In this document: positions 8,761-17,414 of the stretch, piece after piece | How positions within the stretch are numbered: the first letter of the stretch is position 1 | How the letters are laid out: each line of letters starts with the position of its first letter | Made by a program: the position numbers and the translations under genes | NCBI GenBank assembly: GCA_024653205.1 | Contig: JANLFO010000011.1 | Location: 4,940 to 68,939 of the forward strand | DNA from: Clostridia bacterium | GTDB lineage: Bacteria; Bacillota; DSM-521; Neomoorellales; SLTJ01 | DNA length: 64,000 nucleotides | Reading direction: 5' to 3' | Notes under the pieces: generated by a model | The model's input: the letters and a program-made list of their open reading frames with translations, nothing else | The model's database searches: none | What the model was told of the DNA's origin: nothing

Positions 8761-9710
8761 GGCGCTGGCTGTTCCCCCTGGTTGCGGTGGCGGCCTTCGG
8801 GCTGCTTCTGTACTACGTGGTAGGGGTTGATCGGCCCAAGCCCTCGACCGAAGAGCCCGAGAGCACCCCGGTCCTGACCTTTGACGCCGAGAAGGCCGAC
8901 CGGCTGGAGATCCGAGGGCCGGAAGTGGAGCTTTCCGTCGTGAAACGGTCGGAGGACGGGTACGAGTGGTGGCTGCAGCCCCAGCGCCTGCCGGCCAACG
9001 GAAGCCGGGTAGAATCGCTGCTCCTGCTGCTCGGCGACCTGCGGGCGGCAGTGCCCGAGGCCGCGCCGGCGGCAGGAACGGTGGGCCTGGATCGGCCTGC
9101 CTGGCGGGTTGACGTCTACCAGGGAGACGCGAGGCTCGGGCGGCTGGAAATAGGGGACCAGGTACCGGTCACCCGGGTAGGCGGGGAAATGTCCTACTAT
9201 GCCCGGGCCAACGGCCGGGACCCGGTATTCACGGTTTCCGAAACCCTGATGGAACAGCTCCGCGGGGATTTGGACGGCTGGCGGGAGCGTTACCTCAGCG
9301 ATCTGCCCACTCCGGATGTGGTGCGGGTGGAGCTGAACCGGAACGGCTCGCGGTTGGCAGCCCGGCGGGAAGGGGAGAAGTGGCAGCGCACCCTCCCCCG
9401 TCCCGGGGACCTGGAAGCGGAGAAAATGCGCGACCTGATCCGCAAGGTGACGCTCATGGAGGCCGAAGAGTTCGTCTCCGACGCGCCCTCCCCGGCCGAG
9501 CTGGCCTCCTGGGGCCTGGATAGACCGTGGCTGACGGCTACCCTGGCCACCGGCGGGGAAAAGCCGCTGACCCGCAGGCTGCTGGTGGGCCAGAAACTGG
9601 CGGATAAAGACCTTTATTATGCCCGGCTGGCCGACAGGCCGTGGGTCTATGCGGTCGATACCGAAGCGGTAGAAGACCTGGTGAACGCGGCCAAGGAGCT
9701 CGGAGCCTAG
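8736..9710 (+). CDS. DUF4340-like exported protein, usual partner of GldG-like proteins
   Basis: 324 aa with one N-terminal TM (WLFPLVAVAAFGLLLYYVV). Overlaps the preceding gene end. Family assignment rests on architecture and context only; start uncertain (8736 or 8757). Confidence 0.5.
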   Translation: MAEEAGPLRRWLFPLVAVAAFGLLLYYVVGVDRPKPSTEEPESTPVLTFDAEKADRLEIRGPEVELSVVKRSEDGYEWWLQPQRLPANGSRVESLLLLLGDLRAAVPEAAPAAGTVGLDRPAWRVDVYQGDARLGRLEIGDQVPVTRVGGEMSYYARANGRDPVFTVSETLMEQLRGDLDGWRERYLSDLPTPDVVRVELNRNGSRLAARREGEKWQRTLPRPGDLEAEKMRDLIRKVTLMEAEEFVSDAPSPAELASWGLDRPWLTATLATGGEKPLTRRLLVGQKLADKDLYYARLADRPWVYAVDTEAVEDLVNAAKELGA

Positions 9711-9770
9711 GAGGAACGCAACCGGGACTGCCGGGCGGATAGGGCAAAGATAACCCGGGAGGGTGACAAG

Positions 9771-10532
9771 TTGCTGTTGGACCTCGACCCTTACGTCTTC
9801 CGGATAGGAGCCTTCGGGGTACGCTGGTACGGGCTCTTTATGGCCGCCAGTTTCCTGATAGGGACCTGGTATCTCCTTCGCGAGGGAAGGCGGCGGGGAT
9901 GGAGCGAGGAGTTCCTGCTCAACCTGGCGCTGCTGGTCATAGTGTGCGGGGTGGTCGGAGCCAGGCTGCTCTTTGTAGCCGCGAACTTTCCCCATTGGTT
10001 TTGGCAGCAGCCGTTACAGGTTTTCAAGGTCTGGGAGGGAGGCCTGGCCTGGCACGGAGGCCTGGCGGGAGGCTTGCTCGCCGCCTGGGGCTACGCCCGA
10101 AGCCGGGGAACAAGCATTCACGCCCTGGCCGACCTGGCCGTACCGGGGATAACCTTGGGTTACGCGGCGATCCGGGTGGCCAACATCTTTAACCAGGAGG
10201 TGCTGGGCCGTCCCACGGAGTTCTGGTTCGGCCGCTGGCCGGCCCAGCCGGTGGCCATGGCCCTGGTACTCGTTCTGCTGGCGCGCTACTTCTACCTGGA
10301 GCGTAAGGGCGTGCCCGCAGGTTACCAGTTCTGGTCCTTCGTGTTTTATCACCAGCTGTTACGGGCGGTAATAGAGGAGAGCATCAGGGACATGCCCCTG
10401 GTTCTGTGGGGACGGGTGGTGGAGCCCTGGGGCCTGGGCTTCTTCACCCTGGCCCAGGTGGCCACTCCGCCGGTGTTGCTGCTGGCCGCATATTTCTTGC
10501 GGCGGGCCCGAGCCGGGGATTTGAAAATTTAA
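9771..10532 (+). CDS. lgt: prolipoprotein diacylglyceryl transferase
   Basis: 253 aa. The polytopic-membrane pattern GVRWYGLFMAASFLIG...VVGARL...W.GGLAWHGGLAGG is typical of Lgt. Confidence 0.85.
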   Translation: MLLDLDPYVFRIGAFGVRWYGLFMAASFLIGTWYLLREGRRRGWSEEFLLNLALLVIVCGVVGARLLFVAANFPHWFWQQPLQVFKVWEGGLAWHGGLAGGLLAAWGYARSRGTSIHALADLAVPGITLGYAAIRVANIFNQEVLGRPTEFWFGRWPAQPVAMALVLVLLARYFYLERKGVPAGYQFWSFVFYHQLLRAVIEESIRDMPLVLWGRVVEPWGLGFFTLAQVATPPVLLLAAYFLRRARAGDLKI

Positions 10533-10664
10533 ATTTACGGGTTCGGTAGGAATGCCCGCCGGCGGCGGCGAATATTGGGACCACAGTTCAGCCCGTCCTT
10601 GGGGGTGGTAATGTTTCTGGAAGCCGGAGGTATGCGGAAGGGGTAATACTAGCAAGGGGGAGGC

Positions 10665-10847
10665 ATGAGAAGAATGGCGGTCATCATTAACGTGGACGAA
10701 TGCACCGGATGCGGCAGCTGCGCTGACGTGTGCCCGGAGAGCGCCATTACCGTAGAGGACGTGGCTACGGTAGATGCGGATAAGTGTACCGAGTGCGGCA
10801 CCTGCGTGGATGAGTGCGTGAACGAGGCCATCAGTCTGCCCGACTAG
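10665..10847 (+). CDS. 2x[4Fe-4S] ferredoxin
   Basis: 60 aa with two CxxCxxCxxxCP-type motifs (CTGCGSCADVCP, CTECGTCVDEC). Confidence 0.9.
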   Translation: MRRMAVIINVDECTGCGSCADVCPESAITVEDVATVDADKCTECGTCVDECVNEAISLPD

Positions 10848-10879
10848 TCGTAGGGAAACGGAGGGTAACGAGCCTTCGA

Positions 10880-10904
10880 GGGCAGCCGGGGCGGCTGCCC
10901 TTTT
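10880..10904 (+). terminator. intrinsic terminator after the ferredoxin gene
   Basis: GGGCAGCCG-GGG-CGGCTGCCC (9-bp GC stem) followed by TTTT. It ends 9 nt before the mobA ATG. Confidence 0.55.
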
Positions 10905-10913
10905 CGGTAAGCC

Positions 10914-11501
10914 ATGCACCCGGTGAGCGGCCTTATCCTGGCCGGCGGCCGGAGCCAACGGATGGGGCAACCCAAGGCACTGCTGCGGCTGGGCGGCAAC
11001 ACCATAATCGAGCGGGTAGTAGGAGTGGCCGCCGGCGTGTGTCGGGAGGTCTTGCTGGTGAGCAACGAGCCCGGAGCCTATGCCCGGCTCGGGCTGCCGG
11101 TGGTCACCGATCGCTTCCTCGGACGCGGCCCCCTGGCCGGTATTCATGCCGGGCTGCTGGCCGCAACCTGGGATCGGAGCCTGGTCTTGGCCTGCGACCT
11201 GCCGTTTCTCGAGGCTCCCCTCTTGCGGGGCCTGCTGGAGGCCTCCTGCGGATTTGACGTGGCGGTGCCGGTGGTCAGGGGCTACCCGGAACCCCTGGTA
11301 GGGGTCTACTCTCGGGACTGCCTGCCGGCCGTAGAGGAGGTTCTTTCCCTGAGCGAACGGCCAAAGGTGACCGATTTCTTCTCCCGGGTGAGGGTGTGCT
11401 ACGTGCCGGAGGCCGAGGTCGCCAAATGGACGGACGTGCGCAAGGCCTTCTTTAACATTAATACCCCGGCGGATCTGGCCCGGGCCGGCCTTTGGGCCTG
11501 A
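10914..11501 (+). CDS. mobA: molybdenum cofactor guanylyltransferase
   Basis: 195 aa with the N-terminal motif LILAGGRSQRMGQPKALLRLGG typical of MobA. Confidence 0.85.
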   Translation: MHPVSGLILAGGRSQRMGQPKALLRLGGNTIIERVVGVAAGVCREVLLVSNEPGAYARLGLPVVTDRFLGRGPLAGIHAGLLAATWDRSLVLACDLPFLEAPLLRGLLEASCGFDVAVPVVRGYPEPLVGVYSRDCLPAVEEVLSLSERPKVTDFFSRVRVCYVPEAEVAKWTDVRKAFFNINTPADLARAGLWA

Positions 11502-11513
11502 TCCCCTTAAGGA

Positions 11514-12620
11514 CTAAGGTCTGGCTACGGGCGAACGGCCGGGCAGGTAGAGGCGGGGGCCGGAGATCTGCATTTCTGCCGCTTCCGCCGGCCCGGCGGC
11601 CAGGCTTCGCTCTACCAGCTGGCGGAAGAAGGGAATGAAGGCCGGTTTCTCGCCCCGGGTAAGCGCACGGGCCAGGGCTACCGCCCGGCGCGCAGAAGCC
11701 GGACGGCCGGTTTCCCAGAAGAGGAACGCCATTTCCTCCAGCCGCCGGGCGTACACCTTCCGGAATTCGGGGGAGAACATTTCTTCCAGTAACTCGGTCT
11801 TGACCTTGTCGGCCAGCTCCCGGGCCGTAAGGGGGCTGATCACCAGCCTGCTCTCGCGCTGCCGGCGCAGCCTTTCCGCAGCCTGCTCAACCGCCGGGCC
11901 CTCCAGGGCCCAGGAGTGCATCTCTTTTTCTTCCAGAAGCTGATCCGACCCGGCCAACAGGATTTGCAGTTCGGCCTCAACGTCGTCGGCCGGCAGGTAG
12001 CGGTAGACCAGAGGTTCGGGAAGAGTTTCCTCCGGCTCCAGATTGGCGCGGTAGAGCTCGAAATCGCGCGGTACGGGCCGGTTGTGCTTCCGGTTCAGAC
12101 GGTAGTAGTGATGCAGCCATGCGCGGCAGTAGCCGGGGGCCACACTTGCGAAGGTGAAGCCCTCCATCCGGCGCACGCCCTGCCGCAGGGTTTCGTAGTC
12201 CCGCTTGTTCGCCGGCTGATAGACCTCGGCGAAGGTGAGGCCGGCGGTATCCCTGCCCACGGCCAGCAACACCAGGTAAGGATCCGTGGGCCGGCTGAAG
12301 GCGTAGAAGAGGAAGCGGTCGCCGCGCCGATCGATGTGACTGACCAGGGCCTCGAGTGCCCGGGGTACGGACTTGAGGGTCCAGGTCTGGCCGGGGGCGG
12401 GCCCGGATGCCGCCAGACCCTGACTGCGCCAGCGGTGCAGAAGGCGCCGGGCGGCCTTGGCCAGGGTCTTGGGAGCAGTCTCTGCCGCGGCCTGGAGCGC
12501 CCGAACCGCTTCGGGGTCGGGCCGTAGCCGGGATAGGAGGTCCACCAGGGTTGACAATTCGGGTTGCCCTTGGGAAGAGAGCAGACCCTGCTTTTTCATT
12601 TCGGCGATGAGTTCCTGCAC
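11514..12620 (-). CDS. hypothetical protein (no family recognised)
   Basis: 368-aa ORF with coding-like composition. Convergent with mobA and divergent from the riboswitch-led che operon. No motif recognised. Confidence 0.5.
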   Translation of the reverse strand: MQELIAEMKKQGLLSSQGQPELSTLVDLLSRLRPDPEAVRALQAAAETAPKTLAKAARRLLHRWRSQGLAASGPAPGQTWTLKSVPRALEALVSHIDRRGDRFLFYAFSRPTDPYLVLLAVGRDTAGLTFAEVYQPANKRDYETLRQGVRRMEGFTFASVAPGYCRAWLHHYYRLNRKHNRPVPRDFELYRANLEPEETLPEPLVYRYLPADDVEAELQILLAGSDQLLEEKEMHSWALEGPAVEQAAERLRRQRESRLVISPLTARELADKVKTELLEEMFSPEFRKVYARRLEEMAFLFWETGRPASARRAVALARALTRGEKPAFIPFFRQLVERSLAAGPAEAAEMQISGPRLYLPGRSPVARP

Positions 12621-12749
12621 GGCATACCCCTCCCTGCTCGTCGTTGTGCGCGCCGGCGCCAGTATACCACAGTCTGCCCTTGCGGTGAAGGATGTGCCGT
12701 CGGCGGCAGGATTAAGGCGAGATTTGGCGAAGTAAACTGCAAATTCGAT

Positions 12750-12842
12750 TTCGTCCGGGGCAAACCGGTCGAAAGGCCGGGACGCAAAGCTACGGGTCTA
12801 AGGCCTGCGGGGCTACGATCGCCGGGCTGCCGAAATCGGGGT
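12750..12842 (+). promoter_or_regulatory. c-di-GMP-I (GEMM-I) riboswitch aptamer, copy 1
   Basis: GGGGCAAACC-GGUC-GAAA-GGCC-GGGACGCAAAGCUACGGGUCUAAGG...GCCGGGCUGCCGA matches the conserved GEMM-I core known from Vc2 (GGGCAAACC..GAAA..GGACGCAAAGCC...GGGGUUACCGA). The GNRA-capped P1b helix covaries with copy 2. Lies 33 nt upstream of the fapA-like start. Confidence 0.8.
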
Positions 12843-12874
12843 GACGGCGGCCGGTCGTGCGGGGAGGAGAAAAC

Positions 12875-14785
12875 ATGGCGGAGGAAGTGGTAGTGGAGGG
12901 AGCGAGCCTCGAGGAAGCGCGTTCACGGGCGGCCGCCGCCTTGGGGTGCTCGGTTGAAGAGCTGAAGGTGGAGGTCCTCAGCGAGGGCAAAGGGGGATTG
13001 TGGTCGCGAGCGCGGGTGCGCATCCGGGCGCGCCGGGCGGAAGAGGGGCAGTTGGACGGGCGGGTGTGGATAGAGGAGGGAACCGTAGCAGTCGCCGATC
13101 CCGAGCCGGGGGGACGGCCGGCGGTGCTGGGAGCGGGGCCGCACGTCCGGTTATGGATTAACGAGGTGCCGGTAGGGGAGCCGAGGCCGGTAACCAGCCT
13201 GGACCAGGTCCGGGTAGAGGCGGAGGTAGTGGAAGGAGAGGTTTCCGTAGACGTGGAGGTGGCGCCGGACGGCATGAGCTGCGTGCTCAGGGTCCGGCGG
13301 AAGCCCCGGGAAGTCTATGCCGTGGAGGATGCCGAGCCCTCGAACCGCCTTACGATCCGGGCCCGCGTGGTGGAGAGCACCCTTCCGCCCCTCAGCGTCG
13401 AAGAGGTGCTGGCACGCCTTGCCGCGGCCAAGGTGGTCTACGGCGTGGACCGGGAAGCGGTGCAGCAGGCGGTCGAACGGGGAGACGGGGAGCCGGTAGT
13501 GGTGGCCCGGGGTACGCCGCCCACGCCCCCGGTAGACGCCCAGATAGAGTACCTGTTCCTGGCCAGGCAGGAAGAGTTCGAGCGCCAGGCTCCGGGACGG
13601 CGGCGGGTTTTTGCCGTTGAGCCCGGGGAGGTCCTGGCGGTGAAGAAGCCGCCGGTCGCCGGCACGCCCGGCAAGGACGTGCACGGTCGGGCAGTCGAGC
13701 CTCCACCGCCCCGGGACGCTCCGCTGCGGGCCGGAAACGGTACCCGGCTGAGAGAGGACGGCCTGGCGGTGGTGGCCACCACGGTGGGAAGGCCGGAGCG
13801 GCGGGGGAGCCTCATAACCGTAGTGCCGGTGTACGTAGTGGAAGGCGACGCCGACCCTCGGGAAGGGCCGATCAAGTTCAAGGGCGACATCGTGGTCCAG
13901 GGCGACGCGCTGGACGGTACGGTGATCGAGGCCGGAGGAAACCTGCGGGTGAAAGGTCTGGTGGCCAATGCCACTCTCACCGCCGGCGGCAGCATCCTGG
14001 TGGAGGGAAACGTGGTCGGATCCAAGCTCAAGGCCGGGGGAATGGCGCTGGTATGGGAGAAGTGGTGGTCCTACTGGCAGGAGATCGATGAGAACGTACG
14101 GGATTTCCTGTTGGCACTCGAGCAGCTCCGGGAACAGTGGGAGAAGACCAGGCCGGAGGAGGAACGGCGTATCGCCAACGGAGCCCTTATCAAGGTGCTC
14201 CTGGACACCAGGTATCGGCAGCTACCCCAGCAGTTGGAGAAGGCCAGGGCGGCGACGGAAGAACTCTTTGAGGCCACGGGGCTGGAGGCCGAGCACCCCT
14301 TTCGGGAAGCGCTCGGCTATCTCTGCCACTACCTGGCCGAACAGGGGCACATGGCCCTGGCCAGCGCCCGGGAACTGGCAGAACGTTTTGAGCTTGCCCG
14401 GCAAGAAGCTCAGGCGCTGCAACAGTCGGCGCTGGAGGCCGGTAAGAACGCCAACATTACCGCCTTCTACGTGCAGAACTCGGTTCTGGAAACCACCGGC
14501 CAGGTGGTAGTTAACGGTAAGGGCTGCTACAATTGTTCGGTCTACGCGGGCAACGGGGTGGTGATCGGCGGGGTCCCGGGCGCCTTCCGTGGGGGTCAGA
14601 TAATCAGCAAGGGCCACGTGCGGGTCCAGCAGTTGGGCAGCCCCGCGGAGGTCAGGACCTTCGTGCAGGTGCCCAAGCACTTTACGATTCGTGCGGTTGA
14701 GGCCTTTCCGGGGGTACTGCTCAAGGCGGGCAGCCGGGTGGAGAAAATCACTGCCCACATGGCGGTAAACCTGTTGGGAGAATAG
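12875..14785 (+). CDS. FapA/DUF342-family protein (flagellar assembly protein A-like) with a Jag/KhpB-N-like N-terminus
   Basis: 636 aa from ATG 12875 (SD GGGGAGGAG). The N-terminus EVVVEGASLEEARSRAAAALGCSVEELKVEVL resembles Jag_N. The central beta-solenoid-like glycine-rich repeats (GDIVVQGDALDGTVIEAGGNLRVKGLVANATLTAGGSILVEGNVVGSKLKAGG) are typical of DUF342. Confidence 0.7.
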   Translation: MAEEVVVEGASLEEARSRAAAALGCSVEELKVEVLSEGKGGLWSRARVRIRARRAEEGQLDGRVWIEEGTVAVADPEPGGRPAVLGAGPHVRLWINEVPVGEPRPVTSLDQVRVEAEVVEGEVSVDVEVAPDGMSCVLRVRRKPREVYAVEDAEPSNRLTIRARVVESTLPPLSVEEVLARLAAAKVVYGVDREAVQQAVERGDGEPVVVARGTPPTPPVDAQIEYLFLARQEEFERQAPGRRRVFAVEPGEVLAVKKPPVAGTPGKDVHGRAVEPPPPRDAPLRAGNGTRLREDGLAVVATTVGRPERRGSLITVVPVYVVEGDADPREGPIKFKGDIVVQGDALDGTVIEAGGNLRVKGLVANATLTAGGSILVEGNVVGSKLKAGGMALVWEKWWSYWQEIDENVRDFLLALEQLREQWEKTRPEEERRIANGALIKVLLDTRYRQLPQQLEKARAATEELFEATGLEAEHPFREALGYLCHYLAEQGHMALASARELAERFELARQEAQALQQSALEAGKNANITAFYVQNSVLETTGQVVVNGKGCYNCSVYAGNGVVIGGVPGAFRGGQIISKGHVRVQQLGSPAEVRTFVQVPKHFTIRAVEAFPGVLLKAGSRVEKITAHMAVNLLGE

Positions 14786-14838
14786 CGGAGGAGTCTTGGT
14801 TCTGCGGGGAAAAAATCACTCTGGGGAGGGCGAGATTC

Positions 14839-15324
14839 ATGGAGGCAGGCCAGGGGATCAAGGGGGTCGAACGCCAGCTTGTGGCCTTTGAGCTGGCCGG
14901 GGAGACCTACGGCGTGGACATCAACTGGGTGCACGAGATCATACGCATGCAGGCGGTTACCAGGCTGCCGCGCACCCCGGTGTTCATCGAGGGGGTAATC
15001 AATCTTCGGGGCCGGATCATCCCCGTGATTGACCTGCGCAAACGGTTCGGGCTACCGCCCAAGGAGCAGACCCCGGATACGAGGATTATGGTCGTGGAGA
15101 TGGCCGGGGTCACGGTGGGCATGATCGTGGACGCGGTTTCCGAAGTGGTGCGGCTGTCGGCGGAAAGCATCGAGCCGCCGCCGCCGATGATGCACGGCAT
15201 CGATACCGCCTACCTGGAGGGCGTGGGAAAGTGGGAGGAACGCCTGGTAATACTGCTTAACCTGGACAGAGTGCTGCGTCAGGCCGAACAGGAGCAGTTG
15301 GCCGAAGCCGCGCAGGCGCTCTAG
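14839..15324 (+). CDS. cheW: chemotaxis coupling protein CheW
   Basis: 161 aa. QLVAFELAGETYGVDINWVHEI...INLRGRIIPVIDLRKRFG is the CheW-domain signature. Confidence 0.9.
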   Translation: MEAGQGIKGVERQLVAFELAGETYGVDINWVHEIIRMQAVTRLPRTPVFIEGVINLRGRIIPVIDLRKRFGLPPKEQTPDTRIMVVEMAGVTVGMIVDAVSEVVRLSAESIEPPPPMMHGIDTAYLEGVGKWEERLVILLNLDRVLRQAEQEQLAEAAQAL

Positions 15325-15362
15325 CCCGGACTTTGGGGGTGGAGTCCTTGGCCGGAACGGAT

Positions 15363-17414
15363 ATGGGCCAGTACCTAAGCCTGTTTCTGGAGGAAACCGA
15401 GGAGCAGCTTCAGCTCATGGACCAGAACCTGGTGCTTCTCGAGGAGCACCCGGAGGATCTGGAGCTTCTGAACCGGATTTTCCGGGCCGCCCACACCATT
15501 AAAGGGGCAGCCGCTTCCATGGGCTTCGAGCGGCTGGCCGGGCTCACCCACGCCATGGAGGAGGTACTGGACAAGCTTCGGCAGGGCCGGCTGGCGGTTA
15601 CCAGCCGGGTAGTCGACGTGCTGCTGGCCTGCCTCGACGTCCTGCGAGAGCTGAAAGAAGAGGTGAGCGGCGGCCGGGAGCAGACGGTGGAGGTGGAGGA
15701 CCTGGTAGGGCGGCTTCGCGCCCTGACCGGCGGTGCGGGCGGTGACATTCGGCCGGTGGCCAAGTCGGCGGCCGGTACGCGGGCGGACCTCGACCTCAAC
15801 GACGTGGAGCGGCATCTGGTAGAAGCGGCCTACCTTAAGGGTTTCCGCGTCTGGCATCTGGTGGTGACGCTGGAGGAGGGCTGTCTCATGAAGGCGGCCC
15901 GGGCCTACATTGTCTACAAGAACCTGGAAGAGATCGGAGAGATCATTAAGACCGTGCCCCCGGCCGAGGACATCGAGGCCGAGAGGTTCGACCGCACCCT
16001 TTCCTTCGTGCTGGTTACCCGGGAGGATGCCGACGTGGCGGCCAGTGTGGTCAAGTCCACCTCCGAGATAGCCTCGGTTGCGGTCGAGGCGGTCAACCTG
16101 GAAGCGGGCGAAGAGAAGCCGGCGGCCGTAGAGGCTCCGACCGTGGCCCAGGCTTCCCCGTCCGGGAAGGAGGAACTTGCGGCCAGACGGGCGGAGGACG
16201 CCCGCAGCGGCCAAACCGTCCGGGTAGATGTGCAGCGGCTGGACAACCTAATGAACCTGGTGGGCGAACTGGTAATCGACCGTACCCGTTTGGCCGAAGT
16301 TGAGGCCTCGCTGCAGGGGCGCCTGGGAAGCAGCGGCCTTCTGGAAACCCTGGAGGAGATCTCGGTGCATATCGGCCGAATAACCGGAGAACTGCAGGAA
16401 GAAATCATGAAGGCGCGCATGTTCCCGGTGGAGCAGGTATTCAGCCGCTTCCCGCGCATGGTGCGGGATTTGGCCCAGAAGGCGGGCAAGGAGGTCAACT
16501 TCGTGGTGGAAGGCCGGGAAACCGAACTGGACCGGACGGTAATCGAAGAGATAGGAGACCCGCTGATCCACCTTCTGCGCAACGCCATCGACCACGGCAT
16601 CGAGCCGCCGGAGGAGAGGGAAAGGCTGGGCAAACCCAGGCGGGGCACCATAGAGCTCAAGGCTTACCACCAGGAGAACCAGATCGTGATCACCGTGAGC
16701 GACGACGGCCGGGGCATGGACGCGGGCGCCATTCGGGAGCGGGCGATCGGCCGCGGCCTGGTCACCGCCGAGCAGGCGGCGCGGATGAGCGAACGCGATG
16801 TCCTCAACCTTATCTTCCTCCCCGGCTTCTCCACCGCCGAGACGGTTACTGACGTTTCCGGACGGGGCGTGGGCATGGACATCGTGCGCAATCACCTGGA
16901 GCGCATAAACGGCACCATAGATATTTCCACCCGGCCGGGCAGGGGCACCACCTTCACCATCAAGCTGCCGCTTACCCTGGCCATTAACCGCTCCCTCCTG
17001 GTCAGGGTGGAGGGTCTGGTGCTGGCCTTCCCCCTGGCCAACGTGGTAGAAATCCTGGAGGTCTCGGGGAGCGAGGTCCAGTACGTGCACCGGCAGCCGG
17101 TGGTGGTGGTAAGGGGAGAGGTACTGCCCCTTTTCTCGCTGGGCGAGGTGCTGGGCGTGAAGAACGGCGCGGAGATGGAGCGTCAGCAAATGGCGGTAGT
17201 GGTGGCGGCCATTTCCGAGAAGCGGCTGGGGTTCGTGGTAGACGAACTCATCGGGGAGCAGGAAATCGTGATTAAGCCTCTGGGCGGGTACGTGGGCAGT
17301 ATCCCCGGCCTGGCCGGGGCTACCATCATGGGGGACGGCAGCGTGGCCCTCATCCTGGACGTGCGGGGATTGCTGGCCCAGACCGGCGGCCGCCTTGGGC
17401 CGGTGGCAGCATGA
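15363..17414 (+). CDS. cheA: chemotaxis histidine kinase CheA
   Basis: HPt motif HTIKGAAASMG, N-box HLLRNAIDHGIE, G1 DDGRGMD, G2 GRGVGMD and a C-terminal CheW-like domain. Start taken at ATG 15363; the track start 15333 is also possible. Confidence 0.95.
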   Translation: MGQYLSLFLEETEEQLQLMDQNLVLLEEHPEDLELLNRIFRAAHTIKGAAASMGFERLAGLTHAMEEVLDKLRQGRLAVTSRVVDVLLACLDVLRELKEEVSGGREQTVEVEDLVGRLRALTGGAGGDIRPVAKSAAGTRADLDLNDVERHLVEAAYLKGFRVWHLVVTLEEGCLMKAARAYIVYKNLEEIGEIIKTVPPAEDIEAERFDRTLSFVLVTREDADVAASVVKSTSEIASVAVEAVNLEAGEEKPAAVEAPTVAQASPSGKEELAARRAEDARSGQTVRVDVQRLDNLMNLVGELVIDRTRLAEVEASLQGRLGSSGLLETLEEISVHIGRITGELQEEIMKARMFPVEQVFSRFPRMVRDLAQKAGKEVNFVVEGRETELDRTVIEEIGDPLIHLLRNAIDHGIEPPEERERLGKPRRGTIELKAYHQENQIVITVSDDGRGMDAGAIRERAIGRGLVTAEQAARMSERDVLNLIFLPGFSTAETVTDVSGRGVGMDIVRNHLERINGTIDISTRPGRGTTFTIKLPLTLAINRSLLVRVEGLVLAFPLANVVEILEVSGSEVQYVHRQPVVVVRGEVLPLFSLGEVLGVKNGAEMERQQMAVVVAAISEKRLGFVVDELIGEQEIVIKPLGGYVGSIPGLAGATIMGDGSVALILDVRGLLAQTGGRLGPVAA

